Assembly (NCBI GenBank): GCA_038046605.1
Contig: JBBSVW010000036.1
Location: 1-17,047, forward strand
Length of the DNA stretch: 17,047 bases
DNA from: Candidatus Micrarchaeota archaeon
GTDB lineage: Archaea; Micrarchaeota; Micrarchaeia; Norongarragalinales; SBBD01
Reading direction: 5' to 3'
The notes under the pieces are model-generated. The model did not search any database and had not been told where the DNA came from. It worked only from the letters and a program-made list of their open reading frames with translations. This document shows positions 14,864 to 17,047 of this stretch, one piece after another; within the stretch, counting starts at the first letter, position 1, and each line of letters starts with the position of its first letter. Both the position numbers and the translations under genes were made by a program.

Positions 14864-14987
14864 GACACCTCTAGGGGGATATCCCCCCACACGTGTCGTG
14901 CAGACTTATTGTCTGCTTATGTCCGGATTGCCTTTCAATTCGCACATCGCCCACTACCCCCTTATTATGAGCTGCGAATTAATTGAA
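14864..14987 (-). ncRNA. Putative structured RNA/ssDNA element of three hairpins between convergent genes
   Basis: Hairpins at 14864-14897 (GACAC..GGGGG-ATAT-CCCCC..GTGTC), 14900-14916 (GCAGAC/GTCTGC) and 14934-14987 (AATTCGCA/TGCGAATT plus an inner stem). C/A mismatches on + become G.U pairs on -. Confidence 0.45.
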
Positions 14988-15037
14988 TTATTAATCCAAA
15001 AAGTGCAGAGGGGATTATTTTTTTACTATCCGTTTTT

Positions 15038-16102
15038 TCATCCCCCAACAATTGCAAGGCAGCTCCTCTTCAGGTTCAAATCCTCGATGTTTATGCAGCT
15101 GGAATAATTGTTGTTCGAAACGCCATAGTCGTAGATGCACCTATCAACCGCAATGCTCGTTGAATTTATCAGGAAGCATATCGACATGTTGTTGTTCTTT
15201 TGCGCCATGAACGAATAGCAATCGCCGCGCTTTTCAATAGATGCGATTTTGTAGCAGTAGCTTATGATGCGCTCTTTTTGCATGAAATAATAATAGCAGC
15301 CATCCCTAAGGCTTGCATTGCCACTTATCCTCTCGCAAATCCCAGAAGCGCCCTTGCTTTGCGCCAATTTTTCAAAGCATTCATTCCCCATGCCCGCATC
15401 ACCAATTTCAGCGCAAAGATTTTCGCTTTGCCTAGCGGTTGCAATCCGAAATAGGCACTCATCCCCCATTTTCGAATTCAGCTTTCCGCACGCATCCGAA
15501 TCGTTTGCTATGATCGCATTGTAATATGCGCATTCATACCGAAGCGGCCTATCGATTACCCTATCGCATATGGCCAAATTTTTAGATGAGATGCCGATTT
15601 TTGAAAGGCATGCATCTGTTTGGTTCTTGTTCTTGATTTTCATGCAAATATCCGGATTTTTCCCCTCAATTGCAATGGAGAAATAGCAGCCATCCCTTTG
15701 TGCCTCGGGCAGCTTTAGGCAATCGTACAAAACCGTCCTTCCTTCCGGGAATGAGCGGATGCACAAATTCCTGATTTTGGCCTGCGTCACATTGTCGCAA
15801 AGCGAAATCCTGCCAGTGAGGTTTGCAACATGCGAAAAGCAATCGTCCTTGAACGTCGAGTTGAATATTTTCATGCATCCAAGCGGGTCTTTTCCATAAA
15901 TGGATGAATTAAGGAGGCATTCGTCCTTTGCAACGGAGAAATTATAGAGCTTATTGCAATCCGTGACTGAAATGACCTTTGATTGAGCATACCCGGATTG
16001 GTTTGTATAATTCCCGGAAGGCTCAGGAGCAGATGTGCACCCGAACAGTAGAATGGATATTATCAGAATTGGGGCAAATAGGAATAATCTGCTAAATTTC
16101 AT
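15038..16102 (-). CDS. Secreted/lipoprotein-like surface protein with 12 tandem two-Cys repeats
   Basis: Signal MKFSRLFLFAPILIISILLFGC (lipobox-like), then 12 units of about 25-27 aa with pattern C-x2-(I/L/V)-x~6-(R/K)D-x-C, and many N-x-S/T sequons. Confidence 0.85.
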   Translation of the reverse strand: MKFSRLFLFAPILIISILLFGCTSAPEPSGNYTNQSGYAQSKVISVTDCNKLYNFSVAKDECLLNSSIYGKDPLGCMKIFNSTFKDDCFSHVANLTGRISLCDNVTQAKIRNLCIRSFPEGRTVLYDCLKLPEAQRDGCYFSIAIEGKNPDICMKIKNKNQTDACLSKIGISSKNLAICDRVIDRPLRYECAYYNAIIANDSDACGKLNSKMGDECLFRIATARQSENLCAEIGDAGMGNECFEKLAQSKGASGICERISGNASLRDGCYYYFMQKERIISYCYKIASIEKRGDCYSFMAQKNNNMSICFLINSTSIAVDRCIYDYGVSNNNYSSCINIEDLNLKRSCLAIVGG

Positions 16103-16128
16103 CCATGATCCCTAGTAAACTTCAAGCA

Positions 16129-16494
16129 TCAAAGCAATTTCAATTTACCCGTGACCGCATCAATCCTCCCTTCCTCATCTGGTCCAATCACCATGGCGGT
16201 TGCTGTGCCCGGCTTAATTTGCGTCAGGCCCGCATCCCTTATGATGATTGCAAGAAGGTTCTTTTCCTTTGCAGCCCTTTTCAATTCGGCCATTTCGCGC
16301 TCTGATTGCACCTTGAGCACGATTTTTTTCTGCCCCCCGCGCCACCACTCCTCCGCCTTTTCCGGATCCCGAACTGCGGTTTCAATATACCCTTCGACGG
16401 ATGCGTGCGAGGCCTGCGCTGCTATTTTGCCCTTGCCCATTTCTAGGTCCGCCCGAACTATGATTGCTTGCTTGTACATATCTTTGCCTACCAT
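16129..16494 (-). CDS. pth2: Peptidyl-tRNA hydrolase Pth2
   Basis: YKQAIIVRADLEMGKGKIAAQASHA, GQKKIVLKV, IRDAGLTQIKPGT and IDAVTGKLKLL. The start may be the second Met (MYKQ). Confidence 0.97.
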   Translation of the reverse strand: MVGKDMYKQAIIVRADLEMGKGKIAAQASHASVEGYIETAVRDPEKAEEWWRGGQKKIVLKVQSEREMAELKRAAKEKNLLAIIIRDAGLTQIKPGTATAMVIGPDEEGRIDAVTGKLKLL

Positions 16495-16522
16495 CTTAAC
16501 ACGCTGCGGTTAATATTTATGC

Positions 16523-17047
16523 TTATTTTGTGCCCGTATTGCCCTGGCTTCCTTCGACCAATCCACGAAGTTCCTTAAGTTCACTTTCAACTTTCACGGG
16601 AAGTTCCATAACCCGTTCACTTGCCCATAGGTTGCTGATTGCTGCAATAAAATGGCCAAGGGCAATGGCTCCTGAAACTGCAAGGAAAGTCCTTCTGCCA
16701 ATTGGTTTCCTTTTGCCTTCATCCTTCATAAGGCGCCTATTCACAAGCTGGATTGCCCCCGCTGCAAGGGAAATAGCCCCTGCCGCTTTGATGCTTTGGG
16801 CGGTTTCTGATAATATTTGCCTAGATGTCCACTTAAAATCCTTAACTTTTGAAATACTCCGATCAAACCTGGGGTTTAGTTCGCCCGCTTCCGGCACTGG
16901 CAATAGTTTTTCCCGAACACCTTGGGGCAAATCCTGGAAATGGGGGCTCTTTCGTATTCCTGAAAGTGCGGTGCTAAATTCGTGGAGGGCAATTCCTGTT
17001 GACCCAAAATCCGCCGCTTTTCCGGCAATTATCGCCCCTGCACCGGC
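16523..17047 (-). CDS. Hypothetical membrane protein (5' end outside window), DUF5658-like motif
   Basis: The frame is open to the window edge (AGAGAIIAGKAADFGSTGIALHEF...GELNP...). It has a D-x-x-ST....L ... E-x-NP pattern and hydrophobic helices. Confidence 0.6.
   Translation of the reverse strand, partial: AGAGAIIAGKAADFGSTGIALHEFSTALSGIRKSPHFQDLPQGVREKLLPVPEAGELNPRFDRSISKVKDFKWTSRQILSETAQSIKAAGAISLAAGAIQLVNRRLMKDEGKRKPIGRRTFLAVSGAIALGHFIAAISNLWASERVMELPVKVESELKELRGLVEGSQGNTGTK

Noticed and set aside
14934-14960. Fluoride riboswitch (GGCGAUG on the minus strand), or SRP/RNase P RNA
   Set aside because: The downstream consensus and pseudoknot partner are missing, no gene lies downstream on that strand, and SRP or RNase P conserved motifs are absent.
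14862-15107. 81-aa plus-strand ORF
   Set aside because: TTG start without a ribosome-binding site; it crosses the hairpin element and overlaps the convergent Cys-repeat gene.
1-17047. tRNA or rRNA genes
   Set aside because: No cloverleaf with a T-loop GTTCRAATC in a proper stem context and no rRNA-like tract seen in intergenic regions by eye; tRNAscan-SE would settle it.

Overview
Archaeal chromosomal DNA. A DPANN origin (Micrarchaeota-like) is my inference from gene content, GGTGA-type ribosome-binding sites, TTTAAA/TTTATA promoter boxes and a Cys-repeat 'LLFGC' surface protein. The left third is a minus-strand translation/secretion cluster: rps2-rpl39e-rpl31e-eif6, then pfdA-ftsY-rnp2(Pop5). 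The rpl18a/LX gene normally found between eif6 and pfdA is absent, and two opposite-strand orphans (a HEAT-repeat protein and an unknown 300-aa protein) occupy that position. The middle holds a solo scpB, a hicBA toxin-antitoxin pair, a COG1340-like coiled-coil gene behind a tailed histone-fold gene, a solo PmbA/TldE, and a NitT/TauT ABC ATPase separated from an AAA-associated-domain gene by a HExxH zincin and a 2-TM protein. The right part has ndk, an ADP-dependent sugar kinase with bifunctional GK/PFK-type residues, a 12x Cys-repeat surface protein, pth2 and a partial membrane protein. The most striking unexplained signals are non-coding. (i) A G6/C6 palindromic element occurs as two near-identical direct copies bracketing pmbA (8669, 10233); one copy carries a nested 57-bp double hairpin. 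A diverged, larger structured relative lies at 14864-14987. (ii) A long G.U-supported stem-loop leader with an alternative pairing partner lies upstream of rps2. All family calls come from motif recognition by eye; no searches were run.
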